Shown: positions 9,772 through 21,988, counted from the whole stretch's first letter. The stretch: DNA of 63,189 nucleotides, filler included, from an uncultured archaeon (GCA_903842985.1; 5 parts of 5 records of this genome joined end to end with filler, not necessarily neighbours in it), one strand, 5' to 3'. Numbers and translations: made by a program. The notes: generated from the letters alone by a model not told the origin.

Positions 9772-9975
9772 ATGATGGGACTATATGTGCCGCTTTTTTT
9801 GGTTGCGTTATGCTGGTCTTTGGTCTGGAAAGGAATTGCACTGTGGAAGTCTGCCAGAAACAGCCAGAAGGTCTGGTTTGTTGTTCTGCTGATTGTGAAC
9901 ACAGTTGGAATACTTGATATAATATATCTCTACTTTTTCCAGAAAAAAGAAACCAAGAAGAAGGTGAAAAAATGA
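9772..9975 (+). CDS. DUF5652-like small membrane protein
   Basis: WSLVWKGIALWKSARNSQKVWFVVLLIVNTVGIL pattern recalled as typical of CPR/DPANN DUF5652; GGAGGT SD. Confidence 0.7.
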   Translation: MMGLYVPLFLVALCWSLVWKGIALWKSARNSQKVWFVVLLIVNTVGILDIIYLYFFQKKETKKKVKK

Positions 9976-10403
9976 GACCGTTAAAAATAATTTTGTCAGC
10001 ATTGATAGCAACAATAATTTCAATGGTGCTGCACACTGTTGCTGCATTGGTTGAAATGCCATACTACCTGATGGCTAATTACTTCAGCGTATGGAGCAAG
10101 CTGATGATGCCAACAGCAGGGCCTCCGCCAACATCGTTTTATGTTTATTCTGCAGTGTTTGCATTGATAGGCTATCTGCTTTTCGCGCTTGTCTACAATG
10201 TTGTGAAAAGCTCGCTTCCAGGCAAGGCATGGAAGAAAGGCTTGCTGTATGGATTGCTTGTTTTCGCAGTTGCGTCTGTCCCAAGCTCGCTTTCGCTTGT
10301 GCTGCTGATTAATCTTCCAGTTGGGCTTGTGGGTCTGTGGGCAGCAGAAGGATTGATCATGTCATTGTTTGCAGGGCTTGTTACGGCAGGAATCAACAGG
10401 TAG
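9972..10403 (+). CDS. Hypothetical 4-TM membrane protein
   Basis: Hydrophobic helices, KGLLYGLL; overlaps the previous stop. Confidence 0.7.
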   Translation: MRPLKIILSALIATIISMVLHTVAALVEMPYYLMANYFSVWSKLMMPTAGPPPTSFYVYSAVFALIGYLLFALVYNVVKSSLPGKAWKKGLLYGLLVFAVASVPSSLSLVLLINLPVGLVGLWAAEGLIMSLFAGLVTAGINR

Positions 10404-10434
10404 TTTTTTATATTTTTCTTCTTTTTTATATGTT

Positions 10435-10719
10435 ATGGACAGCAAAAAACAAGAATATGATGGCAGTGTTAAAGAGTATGTATTTTATCCTTTAACCATA
10501 GCCAAGATAATATCTTTTTCAGATGGCTCCAAACTGAATTTGCCAAAAGAAACTAGGTATATAGGTTACCAAATACTTAATGACTGTTTTCTTGTTTACC
10601 CAAGAAATAAAACAGGTAAGGGGATTGGGGAATTTAAATTTAACAGAAATGTTCTAAGCGAGCTGGAAGCTGAAATAGAAAAATTTTCAAAAAAACCGAA
10701 GAATTCCAAAGCTGTATAA
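10435..10719 (+). CDS. Hypothetical protein (probable start MDSKK)
   Basis: ORF only. Confidence 0.45.
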   Translation: MDSKKQEYDGSVKEYVFYPLTIAKIISFSDGSKLNLPKETRYIGYQILNDCFLVYPRNKTGKGIGEFKFNRNVLSELEAEIEKFSKKPKNSKAV

Positions 10720-10720
10720 A

Positions 10721-10966
10721 CTAAATCTCTTTATACTCATTCTTATCAGCTACCGGGATGAAGCAAGTTAATACGCTGTAAAGAACAGGGCTTTTCTCTT
10801 CAATGTGGCGCATCCTTCTGTTGTACCTGTCCTCGATTTTCCCGGAAATGTCATCAACAGCTTTTGCAATGCTCTCTTTTGCTCTAGAAAAATTTAATCT
10901 GCCAACTACTCCTGTATCAGCCTCTTTTGGGGGTGCTGAACCAGCGCAGTCATCCACGCTATTCAT
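10721..10966 (-). CDS. Hypothetical protein
   Basis: ORF with TTTATA box upstream. Confidence 0.45.
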   Translation of the reverse strand: MNSVDDCAGSAPPKEADTGVVGRLNFSRAKESIAKAVDDISGKIEDRYNRRMRHIEEKSPVLYSVLTCFIPVADKNEYKEI

Positions 10967-11018
10967 GCAAAAAGAAAATAGTTTACACTATATAAATTTT
11001 TTCAAAAAAAATATGAAA

Positions 11019-13943
11019 ACCAAATACATTGGAAAGGTTAGAGCGATTAGTGGCTGCATGCTGAACACGTCGTTGCCTTCGTGCTTACACATCAGCTCTA
11101 TCAAACCTGTCTTTTGCAGGAGCTCCATGAATGTCTCTTTTCGAGGGGGGCTTCGTGCTTAGATGCTTTCAGCACTTATCCCCGTATGGCGTAGCTGCCC
11201 GGCTTACCTTGTCAGATAACCGGTAGACCAGAGGCCACGAACGCTCGTTCCTCTCGTACTAAAGCTTCCTTCCCCTCAGACATTCCACACCTCTAGTAGA
11301 TATTACACATACTGCCTCACAGCGTATTGAACCCAGCTAGCATCCCTTTTAATGGGTGAACACCCCCACCCTTAGACGCTTCTGCACGCCTAGGATAGGA
11401 AGAGCCGACGTCGATGAAGCAAGACGCGCCGTCGATATGAGCTATTGGGCGCGACCACTCTGTTATCCCCGGGGTAACTTTTCCGTCACACCTAACTCCC
11501 ACAAAAGGAGTATAGGGGATCGCTAGACCATGCTTTCGCATTTGGATTCGGGGTTGTTGCGAATCCAATCAGGCTAGCTTTTGCTCTTGCACTCTACGCC
11601 CGATTTCTGACCGGGCTGAGCTAACCTTTGGGCCCTCTTGATATCCTTTCAAGAGGGTGCCACCCCAGCCAAACTGTCTGCCTGCTGCGGTCTCAATCTT
11701 TCGATCGGTTAGCAGTACAGGTCCTGAAGGGTAGTGTTTCATTGACGTTTACGCTCAAGCTAGCGCCTGAGTTTCAAACAACTACTACCTACGCTACACA
11801 GCAAAACCCATACCGCAACAACAAACTACAGTAAAGTTCCACGGGGTCTTCACTTCCCACTAGAGGTCTCCGGATTTTGCACCGGAAAATAGTGTTCGGG
11901 AGGTTCCAAGTAGGGACAGTAGGGACCTCGTTACGCCATTCATGCGCGTCGTCAATCAAACGACAAGGTATTTCGCTACCTTAAGAAAGTTATAGTTACT
12001 TCCGCCGTTTACCGGTCCTTAGCTCCCTTGAAAAGGAGTTTGAGATACCGGCACTGGGCAGGCGTCACCTTTCATACTCATCCTTGCGGACTGGCGAAAG
12101 GTTAAGTTTTTGTTAAACAGTCGGGACCCTCTTGTCACTGAGCCCTGCTAACGCATTCATACGAACACAACAGCAGGGACCCCTTATGCCGAAGGCACGG
12201 GGCTAATTTGCCGAATTCCCTTACTCGGATTACACTCTCACACCTTAGGCTTCTCACCTAGGGGCACCAGTGCTGGTTCTGGGTATGGTTGACTAGAATT
12301 TTTCTCTGTTCCTTTTTCATGGACTCCAGGCATCAGCCGAACGACTCGTACGAGCCGCCGTTCCTAAATTTAATCTGGTTCTCACCATTACGATACTTCC
12401 CAGATTTGCTTCAGTTAGCAGCAACGACAGTTGCTGTCGACCTAGCCAGAAGCGTCAGAAACAGAGCTTGTGTTGCCACGCATATCTAATCAGTACAGGA
12501 ATATTAACCTGTTTCCCTTTCCCCGAAATTCTATTATGAACTCGAGTTAGGACCAACTGACTCTTGGCTGATCTACATTGCCAAGAAACCCTTGCCCTTT
12601 CGGTGGCAGAGACTCTTGCTCTGCTACGATCCTACTACCGCCAGGATTTTTATTTCTGCAAGGTCCACTTCTTCTCAAGAAGAAGCTTCTGCCCTAACAG
12701 AACACCTGCCTACCGTATACCTTTCGGTAACCCATGGTATCGGTAATCAATTTAGCCCCGATTATTTTCAGAGCACACATCCTTGACAAGTAAGTTGTTA
12801 CACACTTTTTAAAGGGTGGCTGCTTCTGAGCCTACCTTCTTGCTGTCTGTGGATGTGCACATCCTTCACCCGTTCACACTTAATTGATCTTAGGGACCTT
12901 AACCATGGTCTGGGTTGTTCCCCTCTCGGTGACCAAGTTTACCCCGGACACCCGTTTCCCGACTTCTACGACGTTGAAGCATTCGGAGTTGGACAAAGAA
13001 TCGAAGGGTTTCCCCTCCTAAATCCTAGATCCGTCGCTCTACCGCTTCAACAGTCTCCGTCGAGACTTGACTACGGCCAACTTTGGCAGGAACCAGCTAT
13101 CTTCCGTCTCGATTGGCTTTTTACCCCTATTCCCAAGTTAGAAGAACACGTGCACGTAGAACCTCTTCAGGCCTCCACGAAGTTTTACCTTCGATTCGCC
13201 TTACTCAGGAATAGATCGCCGGATTTCGAGTCATACCCGAGTGACTGTGCCCACTTTCATAGGCCTGCTCCTCATTTCTTGCGAGCAAGTTGCTTTCGCT
13301 TTGGATACCTTAGTTATCCTCGCCACTCGAATAAACTTCCTGGCACGTTTTTCAAAACGCACGGCAGAACCCCAAAGGGCCCTGCCTTACCATAACTATT
13401 AGGTTTCAGGTTCTTTTCACTCTCTGTAAAGAGTTCTTTTGAACTTTCCCTCGCGGTACTGGTTCGCTATCGGTCTCAAAACGTATTTAGGATTGGAAGT
13501 TAATGGCTCCCAGTTTCCTGCTCAATTGTCGATGAGCAGTACTCAACATCCTGTCAATAGCCCTCTGAACTTCAACTACGGGGCTTTCACCCTCTTTGGC
13601 ACTCCATTCCAGGAGACTTTGTTTCGCTCAGTTAGAGTTTAGTAGACAGTGTTACAACCCCACATCCCTGACGCGTTATGCGCCAGAGTCGGTTTGTCCT
13701 GTGCCGTGTTCGCTCGCCGTTACTAGCGGCATCTCAATTGATTTCTTTTCCTGCGGTTACTAAGACGATTCAATTCACCGCGTTCCCCATCCTTTCGGAT
13801 TCAAGGAGAAGTCTCATTCGGAAATCTCCGGTTCAAAGGCTGCATGCGCCTCGCCGGAGCTTATCGCAGCTTGCCACGTCCTTCGTCAGCGTTTGAGCCA
13901 AGTCATCCACCTAATAGTATTCTGCCTCTCCAATGTACTTGGT
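11019..13943 (-). rRNA. rrl: 23S rRNA (archaeal); ends approximate, includes the terminal stem
   Basis: Universal LSU motifs, e.g. sarcin-ricin AGTACGAGAGGAAC, GGATAACAG, GTAACTATAAC. 13926-13943 and 11019-11036 form an 18-bp terminal helix in the RNA. Confidence 0.97.
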
Positions 13944-14037
13944 CATCAAAATGAAATATGAGATGACCTTGATTTGGAAATTCAATTTTCCAAACCATTT
14001 TGTTTGCCTGGATTTCTTTGTTGATCCTTAAGACAAC

Positions 14038-14133
14038 TGGACCCGGCGGGATTCGAACCCGCGGCCCCCGCCTTTCTTTCCGGACATTTGTCCGATGCAA
14101 GGGCGATGCTCTACCAGGCTGAGCTACAGGCCC
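14038..14133 (-). tRNA. tRNA-Ala(UGC) with a 22-nt intron at 37/38, in the 16S-23S spacer
   Basis: GGGCCTGTAGCTCAGCCTGGTAGAGCATCGCCCTTGCA[TCGGACAAATGTCCGGAAAGAA]AGGCGGGGGCCGCGGGTTCGAATCCCGCCGGGTCCA; G3:U70 Ala identity pair; intron 14074-14095. Confidence 0.93.
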
Positions 14134-14349
14134 AAAATTAGAGAATCACGCAAGTGACTCTCGAGCCTTTTGGATTCATTTTATTGAGCATGATTAAAAA
14201 AATAAAAAAAAGCAAAGCCCACAAAACGCAGTGCGTTTTGGGGCGCAAAAAATCTTTTGGATTTTTATGCGCATGTAACTGAGTTTTATTTTTCAAATTA
14301 ATAACACAAAATTTTTGCCCGACTCAACTAAGGGCAAAAAAAGTGTTAA

Positions 14350-15810
<1,461 letters not shown>

Positions 15811-15962
15811 TATTATTGAAATTTGGTCGCTGATATAGAGAAAAACTAAAACTCAGTTTAATTCATGCGACAAGCTCAGCTTGTGCATACATGCTTTGCT
15901 TCAAGAGTATAAAGAATGGAGGCGAAATTGAATCCAAAGCTGTATACAAGAAAAAAGGGGGT

Positions 15963-15978
15963 CATATATAAAGGTTAT
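15963..15978 (-). promoter_or_regulatory. Probable rRNA operon promoter (TATA box)
   Basis: Minus strand ATAACCTTTATATATG about 155 nt upstream of the 16S 5' end. Confidence 0.55.
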
Positions 15979-16065
15979 GGTGATTTAGGATGTATGGGGT
16001 TTAGGAGATATGTATGGTTATAATTTGCAGATAATTTTTTATACTTCTGCAGTTTAAAACATGCT

Positions 16066-16314
16066 GTGAAGAAAAAAACCATCTTAATAACTCTGTTGAT
16101 ACTGATTGTTGTTGTTTTGCTGTTTTTAATTTTCTATAGATACCAAATATTAGGTATTTCACCGGAAGGATGCATTTCAAAGGGAGGACGCGTATCTAGT
16201 ATGATGACTGAGGTGGATGGAGTTTTAAAAAATGAGTGTTATAAAAATGAAACAAACATTGGAGAAGTAAACGAAGTACTGTGTCCATGCATCTGTTGCG
16301 TACCAAAGAAATAA
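16066..16314 (+). CDS. Small membrane-anchored Cys-rich protein
   Basis: N-terminal TM; CISKGG...C...CPCICC C-terminus. Confidence 0.65.
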   Translation: MKKKTILITLLILIVVVLLFLIFYRYQILGISPEGCISKGGRVSSMMTEVDGVLKNECYKNETNIGEVNEVLCPCICCVPKK

Positions 16315-16362
16315 AAAATTGCTTACCAAAACATTTAATAACTGCCAAATTTTGTAATTCTC

Positions 16363-16788
16363 ATGAAAGAATTCCCAAGAAGCACTGTTGGCATCATGAT
16401 TCTCAACCTTGAGGATGAAATGATCCTGTTGAATTCTCCAAAATGGAATGGGGAGTACATTATCCCCTGCGGACATATTAAAAAAAATGAGAGAATAGAA
16501 GATGCGGTAAGAAGGGAGGCTCGTGAAGAAACCGGACTCAAAGTTTATGATTTAATACACCTAAGAGTTCATGAATTCATAAGCCCGAAGCAGTACCACA
16601 AGAAAAATCTGCATTTTATTGGACTGCAGTATTTCTGCAGGACAAAAGATAAGGCTGTCAAGCTAAATCACGAAGCTACAAGCTATCTCTGGACCCCGCC
16701 TCAAAAAGCGCTTGAACTTGATTTGGAATCAGGAACAAGAGAAACGATTGAGTATTACATTGAGAAAAATTGGAACGGATTAATTTAA
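16363..16788 (+). CDS. NUDIX hydrolase
   Basis: Nudix box variant GHIKKNERIEDAVRREAREETGL. Confidence 0.9.
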   Translation: MKEFPRSTVGIMILNLEDEMILLNSPKWNGEYIIPCGHIKKNERIEDAVRREAREETGLKVYDLIHLRVHEFISPKQYHKKNLHFIGLQYFCRTKDKAVKLNHEATSYLWTPPQKALELDLESGTRETIEYYIEKNWNGLI

Positions 16789-16801
16789 AAAAAATAAAAA
16801 A

Positions 16802-16924
16802 TTACCTGCTCTTCACAGCAACCTTCTGGCATTTGTCGCAAAGATATTTCTGCGACTCTTCCTTGCCGGTGACGTACCTTATCCTGCAGTTTCTGCAGAA
16901 GTGGACTATGTTGTAGCCCACCAT
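16802..16924 (-). CDS. 40-aa CxxC-x15-CxxC zinc-ribbon microprotein; not in ORF track
   Basis: MVGYNIVHFCRNCRIRYVTGKEESQKYLCDKCQKVAVKSR*; start overlaps the helicase stop (TGATG). Confidence 0.7.
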   Translation of the reverse strand: MVGYNIVHFCRNCRIRYVTGKEESQKYLCDKCQKVAVKSR

Positions 16925-18141
16925 CAGTTGTATCTCCTTTTGAAGAAACGCCCTCTCCGCATTGGCCTTCTTCCATTGTTGCTTTCGTCGCTGTTTCCGT
17001 CACTGCTGCTAATCGCAATAAATTTAATCTGTTCGAGATAGGGCCTTTCTGCTTTTTCAATGTTGAATTCCCTGTAGTCTGACATTATCCTCGAGAAATT
17101 GTCATAGTCATAGTCGCACACAAGATTTATTGCCTGCCCTGACTCACCTGCCCTTGCTGTCCTTCCAATCCTGTGGACATAATCCTTTGAGTCCTTTGGA
17201 AGGTCGTAGTTGTAGATGTTCGAGACGTTGTCGATGTGCAGTCCTCTTGCTGCAACGTCGGTGCAAACCAAAACATGGGCCTTTGCATCGTTGAACATGT
17301 CAATTGTTCTTGTCCTCTTGTTCTGCGAAAGCCCGCCATGGATTGCAATTGCATCAATCTTGTTCGCACGGAGATTCTTCGTCACAAAGTCAACATTTTT
17401 CCTTGTGTTGCAGAAGACCATCACCAGGCCTGAGTTCTCTTGTTTAATCAGATGCACAAGCAAGGACATCTTCATGCTTCTCTGCACGTCGTAGTAGACC
17501 TGCTTCAGCTTGCTAGGGTCAACAAGATTCACTGCCAAAGCTTCCTTCGGCTGAAACATGTATCTCTTTGCCAGCTCCTTGACACGCGAAGAGATTGTCG
17601 CTGAAAAAAACAAAGTCTGCCTTTTTGAAGGGCATGACCTTATTATCCTCTCGACATCCTCTATGAAACCCATGTCAAACATCCTGTCTGCCTCGTCGAG
17701 AACAAGGATTTTTATTTTTGAAACATTAATTGTATTCCTTTCAAGATGGTCCAAAAATCTTCCTGGTGTTGCGACAACAACATCTGCGCTGCGCAATCCG
17801 TCTATCTGCGGGTTAATTGAAACTCCGCCGTAGATTGATATGACATTAAGATGGTTGTGTCTTGAAAGCTGCCTGAGAGATTCTTTTACCTGCTCTGTCA
17901 GCTCCCTTGTTGGAGTCAGGATTAGCGCCTGCAGTCCCTCTCCATGCTTTACATTGTCTGTTATGCAGCAGCCGAATGCCAGTGTCTTTCCTGAGCCTGT
18001 CGCTGATTCACCTATAATATCCTTTCCCTGCATTATGTGCGGGATGGATAGCTGCTGGATCTGCGTAGGCTGGGTTATTCCCAGCTCGTTTATTGCTGTC
18101 AACAGTTGTTGGCTTAAGCCAAAATTTTCAAATATATTCAT
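16924..18141 (-). CDS. DEAD-box RNA helicase
   Basis: Q motif, ATGSGKT, PTREL, TPGR, DEAD, SAT, ARGL, HRIGRTAR. Confidence 0.96.
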   Translation of the reverse strand: MNIFENFGLSQQLLTAINELGITQPTQIQQLSIPHIMQGKDIIGESATGSGKTLAFGCCITDNVKHGEGLQALILTPTRELTEQVKESLRQLSRHNHLNVISIYGGVSINPQIDGLRSADVVVATPGRFLDHLERNTINVSKIKILVLDEADRMFDMGFIEDVERIIRSCPSKRQTLFFSATISSRVKELAKRYMFQPKEALAVNLVDPSKLKQVYYDVQRSMKMSLLVHLIKQENSGLVMVFCNTRKNVDFVTKNLRANKIDAIAIHGGLSQNKRTRTIDMFNDAKAHVLVCTDVAARGLHIDNVSNIYNYDLPKDSKDYVHRIGRTARAGESGQAINLVCDYDYDNFSRIMSDYREFNIEKAERPYLEQIKFIAISSSDGNSDESNNGRRPMRRGRFFKRRYN

Positions 18142-18247
18142 TTGTTTTTACCTCATTTCTATATATTATTTTATGTTAGTAGCACTTCTCTAGAAAAAGC
18201 CAAATGTTCATTACTGAGCAAGCGCTCTCTCGTCACTGATTATGCTC

Positions 18248-18347
18248 NNNNNNNNNNNNNNNNNNNNNNNNNNNNNNNNNNNNNNNNNNNNTTAATTAAT
18301 TAANNNNNNNNNNNNNNNNNNNNNNNNNNNNNNNNNNNNNNNNNNNN
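18248..18347. other. Artificial contig linker (N-TTAATTAATTAA-N)
   Basis: 100-bp N run with a six-frame stop spacer. Confidence 0.97.
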
Positions 18348-18379
18348 CATAAAATTTTAACTATTTAAGAATGGTTAAT

Positions 18380-18499
18380 TTATTCAAATCCCCCATCATC
18401 AGTATCTTCTTCGCTTTCAGCATCATCTTCTGTATCATCATCTCCATAAATGTCATCTGATTTGTCCCCGTCTTCGCCAAAGCTGAAATCATCACTCAT
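18380..18499 (-). CDS. 39-aa ultra-acidic micropeptide; not in ORF track
   Basis: MSDDFSFGEDGDKSDDIYGDDDTEDDAESEEDTDDGGFE*; AGGTGA SD, TTTAAATA box upstream. Confidence 0.7.
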   Translation of the reverse strand: MSDDFSFGEDGDKSDDIYGDDDTEDDAESEEDTDDGGFE

Positions 18500-18556
18500 T
18501 ATCAAATCACCTTCTTTTTGTTTTGTCAGAACTGATATTTAAACGTTTTGTATATA

Positions 18557-18952
18557 CTAGAACAGCGACCTTATTATAATCCCAAGTATAACTCCAACAA
18601 CAAATCCTATTGCAAAGTCAATAACGCCGCGCAGGAGAATCTCTTTTGAGCTGTGCTTGTCTATTTCGCTGACAGCTTCAACTTCATTCAGCCTCTTCCT
18701 GATTATGCTGGCCATCCTTGTCCTTGAAGCTTTTTCTATGTCAAAAGCCAGTCCTGCATCCTTGAAAACACCCTTAACCCAAGCTGAGAAATCATTTTTT
18801 CCGGTTGTGTGGTGCCTGAATGATTCCTCTGACATTACATCAAGCTCGCTTGCAAGTTCGCGCAGGCTCTTTACTTTCGGGCCTGAGTAAATGTAGAATG
18901 CCTTGTCCTCGCTAGCCTCTGCAAGGATTTTTTCTGTCTTATTAATGTCCAT
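18557..18952 (-). CDS. DUF5752-like protein with C-terminal TM
   Basis: AFY..G..VKSLRELA..L..MS.E.F.HH...KNDFSAWV pattern, recalled as neighbouring glycogen genes. Confidence 0.6.
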   Translation of the reverse strand: MDINKTEKILAEASEDKAFYIYSGPKVKSLRELASELDVMSEESFRHHTTGKNDFSAWVKGVFKDAGLAFDIEKASRTRMASIIRKRLNEVEAVSEIDKHSSKEILLRGVIDFAIGFVVGVILGIIIRSLF

Positions 18953-19021
18953 ATTAGTTACTAACTGAAGCGAGTTTATTTATTTTTGTGACTTTTCGGG
19001 AGTGGATACTCGCTGATTAAC

Positions 19022-20236
19022 CTATTTTATCTTTCTCATCAAATTCAAGAATCTTGCATAAGCCGAAGGCTTGCTGTTCTTCAGCCTCTGCGAGATGTCG
19101 TTGATTATGTTCATGAATATTATATATGCATCATAGGGTGTATTGTATGGGTTGAAATATTTGTGGACGTCGCCGTCAGAGAAATACTTTATGCACATGT
19201 AGTAGAAATGGTCTGATGTCTGCAGGTTCCTCCAGTCGCTTATCAATTCTTTGTCGCCTGTCGCCTTTATCTCATTCTCCAATTTATACAATTCAGTAAG
19301 CGCTGACTGCTGCATCCTGTTCCCTGTCCAGGCAGATGTGTCCCTTTCAAGGTCTGCCCACGAAATTGTGTTCGGCACAGAAAGCTCTGCAACAGAATCC
19401 ATCTTTATCGCCTCAGAAGGTGTCTTGAAATCAATGTTGTAGTTCCCGACTTCATGCGGAAGCTGCCTCATGAAATTAAAGATGCCTGTGTCCTCCCACT
19501 GGTGCTCGCCAAATGTTTCATAATCCATAAATAGATTTATGACCTGCCCCTGCACAGAATTCAGCCAGGCAGCATATTTCGGGGCAGTTAGCGGCCACTC
19601 TGTCCAGCCCTTGTTCGAAAACCTGAATGCCACATCGTCGCTGAGCTTGTAGTTCTTCAGCAGAAGCTTTATTTTTTTTGTGCCAGCTGGCCTGTAGACA
19701 AAATTCGGGCTTCTCCATTCAAGTATTGGGTCCCAGCCTTCTGCAAGTATTCCCTTAAAACCCATGCTTTCTGCAAGCTTCGCAATCTCGTTGTTGTAAA
19801 TCAGCTCAGTGTTCCTGAATATCTTCGGCTTCTGCCCGAAAAGATTCTTTATCCTTTTGGTATGGAGATTTATCTGCTCAACAAATTCTTTTTTTGAGTA
19901 AAGCGAAGCAAGCGCATGGTGCTCTGTCTCTGTCAGGAATTCCACATTGCCTGTGTCAGCAAGCCTCTGGAAGCTTTCAAGGACATCTGGTGCGAATCTC
20001 TCAAACTGGTCAAGCGCTGTACCGCTTATGCTGTATGACGCCTTCACATTCTTGTTCTTTATCAAATCTAGAATCAGCGCATTTGTCGGGAGATAGCATT
20101 TTCCGGCAACCTTTTCAATGACCTCCTTGTTTTTCTTGTCGTCGAAATAATAATGATTTTTTCCAATGTCAAATACAGAATAGTGCCTCAGCCTTGACGG
20201 CTGGTGCACCTGGAAATAAAAGCAGATTGATGTCAT
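19022..20236 (-). CDS. Glycoside hydrolase family 57 (alpha-amylase-like)
   Basis: FQVHQP, CYLP, FRNTEL, LSDDVAFRF, FMDYETFGEH, QTSDHFYYM. Confidence 0.92.
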   Translation of the reverse strand: MTSICFYFQVHQPSRLRHYSVFDIGKNHYYFDDKKNKEVIEKVAGKCYLPTNALILDLIKNKNVKASYSISGTALDQFERFAPDVLESFQRLADTGNVEFLTETEHHALASLYSKKEFVEQINLHTKRIKNLFGQKPKIFRNTELIYNNEIAKLAESMGFKGILAEGWDPILEWRSPNFVYRPAGTKKIKLLLKNYKLSDDVAFRFSNKGWTEWPLTAPKYAAWLNSVQGQVINLFMDYETFGEHQWEDTGIFNFMRQLPHEVGNYNIDFKTPSEAIKMDSVAELSVPNTISWADLERDTSAWTGNRMQQSALTELYKLENEIKATGDKELISDWRNLQTSDHFYYMCIKYFSDGDVHKYFNPYNTPYDAYIIFMNIINDISQRLKNSKPSAYARFLNLMRKIK

Positions 20237-21432
20237 CTTCCAAGCACCTTCCTGTAAACATCATAGCATGTGTCAGCTGACTTGTCCCAGCTTATGCTTC
20301 CAAGCTCGCGCTGCTCTTGTGAAAGCAGTTCGTCTTTCAGCGGCTGATGCCTCAAGACAGCGCATATCTTGTTTGCCAGCTCGTTCACGTCCCAGAAATC
20401 AACCTTCAGTGCGTTTTTCAGCACCTCTGAGACGCCTGACTGCTTTGAAATTATTACCGGCGTTCCGTTCTTGATTGCTTCCAACGGCGTCAGGCCAAAC
20501 GGCTCTGAAACAGACGGCATTACATAAACATCCGCCATCCTGTATGCCCTGTCAATGTCCGGTCCTCTAAGGAATCCCGTGAACAGAACCTTGTCGCCGA
20601 TGCCGTAATGCGACGCCCTTTCTATCATCTTCCCAGTCATGTCCCCGCTTCCCGCAACAACAAACCTCACATCAGGGTAGACCTCAATGACCTTTTTCGC
20701 AGCGTCGATGAAATAGTCCGGACCTTTCTGTATTGTGACTCTGCCGAGGAAAAGCACGGTTTTCTGCGGAAGCTTGTGCGGTTCAACATCTGCCTTCTCA
20801 AACTCAACTGCATTGTGGACAACATGTATCTTATCTGGATTTATTCCGTAATGCTGGACAATCAGCTCTTTTGTGAAGTGGCTTACAGGTGTGACAGCGT
20901 CTGCTGCTTCCATCCCCTGTTTCTCAATATCATAAACATGTTGGTTGACGCCCTGCCTTCCTGTCCTGTCAAACTCTGTTGCGTGAACATGAGTCACCAA
21001 CGGCTTCTTTGAAACCTTCTTGGCTTCGATTCCGGCGAGGAAAGTTAGCCAGTCATGCGCGTGGATTATGTCAAAGCTTTCCTGCTCTGCAATCTTTCTT
21101 GCTGCAAGCGCGTATCTTTTTACCTCTTCAAAAAGGTTTGCGCCGTAAAGCTCGCTGCCACCACCTCCCTTTTTCAGCATGTCCTTGTATGATTCTGAAT
21201 TTATGTATGGTGTCAGAAGCGAAGGAATCTCCTTGATAATTAATTTCTCTCCAAAAACCTCCTCTGCTGAAACAAGATTGACGTGCGTCTTGATGTCAGA
21301 CGGCTTTCGGGGAATTACAAAAGTGACCTCTACTCCTTTCTTGACCAGCCCTTTGGTTAGGCCGGCGCATGCCGGACCAAGCCCGCCCGAGTAGAACGGC
21401 GGGAATTCCCATCCAAACATCAAAACTTTCAT
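20233..21432 (-). CDS. Glycosyltransferase family 4 (glycogen-synthase-like)
   Basis: GWEFPP..SGGLG, IHAHDWLT, GRVTIQKG, PSVSEPFGL.PLEA. Confidence 0.9.
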   Translation of the reverse strand: MKVLMFGWEFPPFYSGGLGPACAGLTKGLVKKGVEVTFVIPRKPSDIKTHVNLVSAEEVFGEKLIIKEIPSLLTPYINSESYKDMLKKGGGGSELYGANLFEEVKRYALAARKIAEQESFDIIHAHDWLTFLAGIEAKKVSKKPLVTHVHATEFDRTGRQGVNQHVYDIEKQGMEAADAVTPVSHFTKELIVQHYGINPDKIHVVHNAVEFEKADVEPHKLPQKTVLFLGRVTIQKGPDYFIDAAKKVIEVYPDVRFVVAGSGDMTGKMIERASHYGIGDKVLFTGFLRGPDIDRAYRMADVYVMPSVSEPFGLTPLEAIKNGTPVIISKQSGVSEVLKNALKVDFWDVNELANKICAVLRHQPLKDELLSQEQRELGSISWDKSADTCYDVYRKVLGR

Positions 21433-21433
21433 T

Positions 21434-21772
21434 TTATATCAAGAATATTTTTGTCTCCCCCTCCTTTTTTATGAACTTCAGGATGCCTTTCGGATTTATC
21501 TGCTCTGCAACTTCTTTGCCCTTGTCAGTAATTTCAAATATTCTGGCGTAGGGCGAGCTGAATACTTCTTTTGCCAGCCCTTTTCCTATCAGGTAAGTCA
21601 GATGATTCTCTGTCGTCTTCCAGTTAACGCCTGCGATGCTTGAAAGGCTGTTTATTGTTGTCTTTCCCTTTGACAGTTGCAGAAGAAGTATGTTTCTTAT
21701 CTCTACAAATTTCCTCTTTACCATTTGGGGTGTTAATGCAATTTTATTTAAAAATCTTTCGATTTTAGTCAT
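21434..21772 (-). CDS. Winged-helix DNA-binding protein
   Basis: TINSLS...VNWKTTENHL.YL..KG...FEITDKG. Confidence 0.75.
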   Translation of the reverse strand: MTKIERFLNKIALTPQMVKRKFVEIRNILLLQLSKGKTTINSLSSIAGVNWKTTENHLTYLIGKGLAKEVFSSPYARIFEITDKGKEVAEQINPKGILKFIKKEGETKIFLI

Positions 21773-21888
21773 ACATTAATACCAAAATAGACATACCTAC
21801 TCAATAATTTGGTCGTTTTAATTGGGTAGTTAATACTTAAATAGTTATAACTTATAATTATAAACCTAAATTAAACTATAAGCTAGTA

Positions 21889-21988
21889 NNNNNNNNNNNN
21901 NNNNNNNNNNNNNNNNNNNNNNNNNNNNNNNNTTAATTAATTAANNNNNNNNNNNNNNNNNNNNNNNNNNNNNNNNNNNNNNNNNNNN
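21889..21988. other. Artificial contig linker
   Basis: 100-bp N run with TTAATTAATTAA. Confidence 0.97.

Noticed and set aside
21843..21852. AGTTATAACT palindrome upstream of the wHTH gene as an operator
   Set aside because: Short, in very AT-rich sequence at a contig end; not distinguishable from chance
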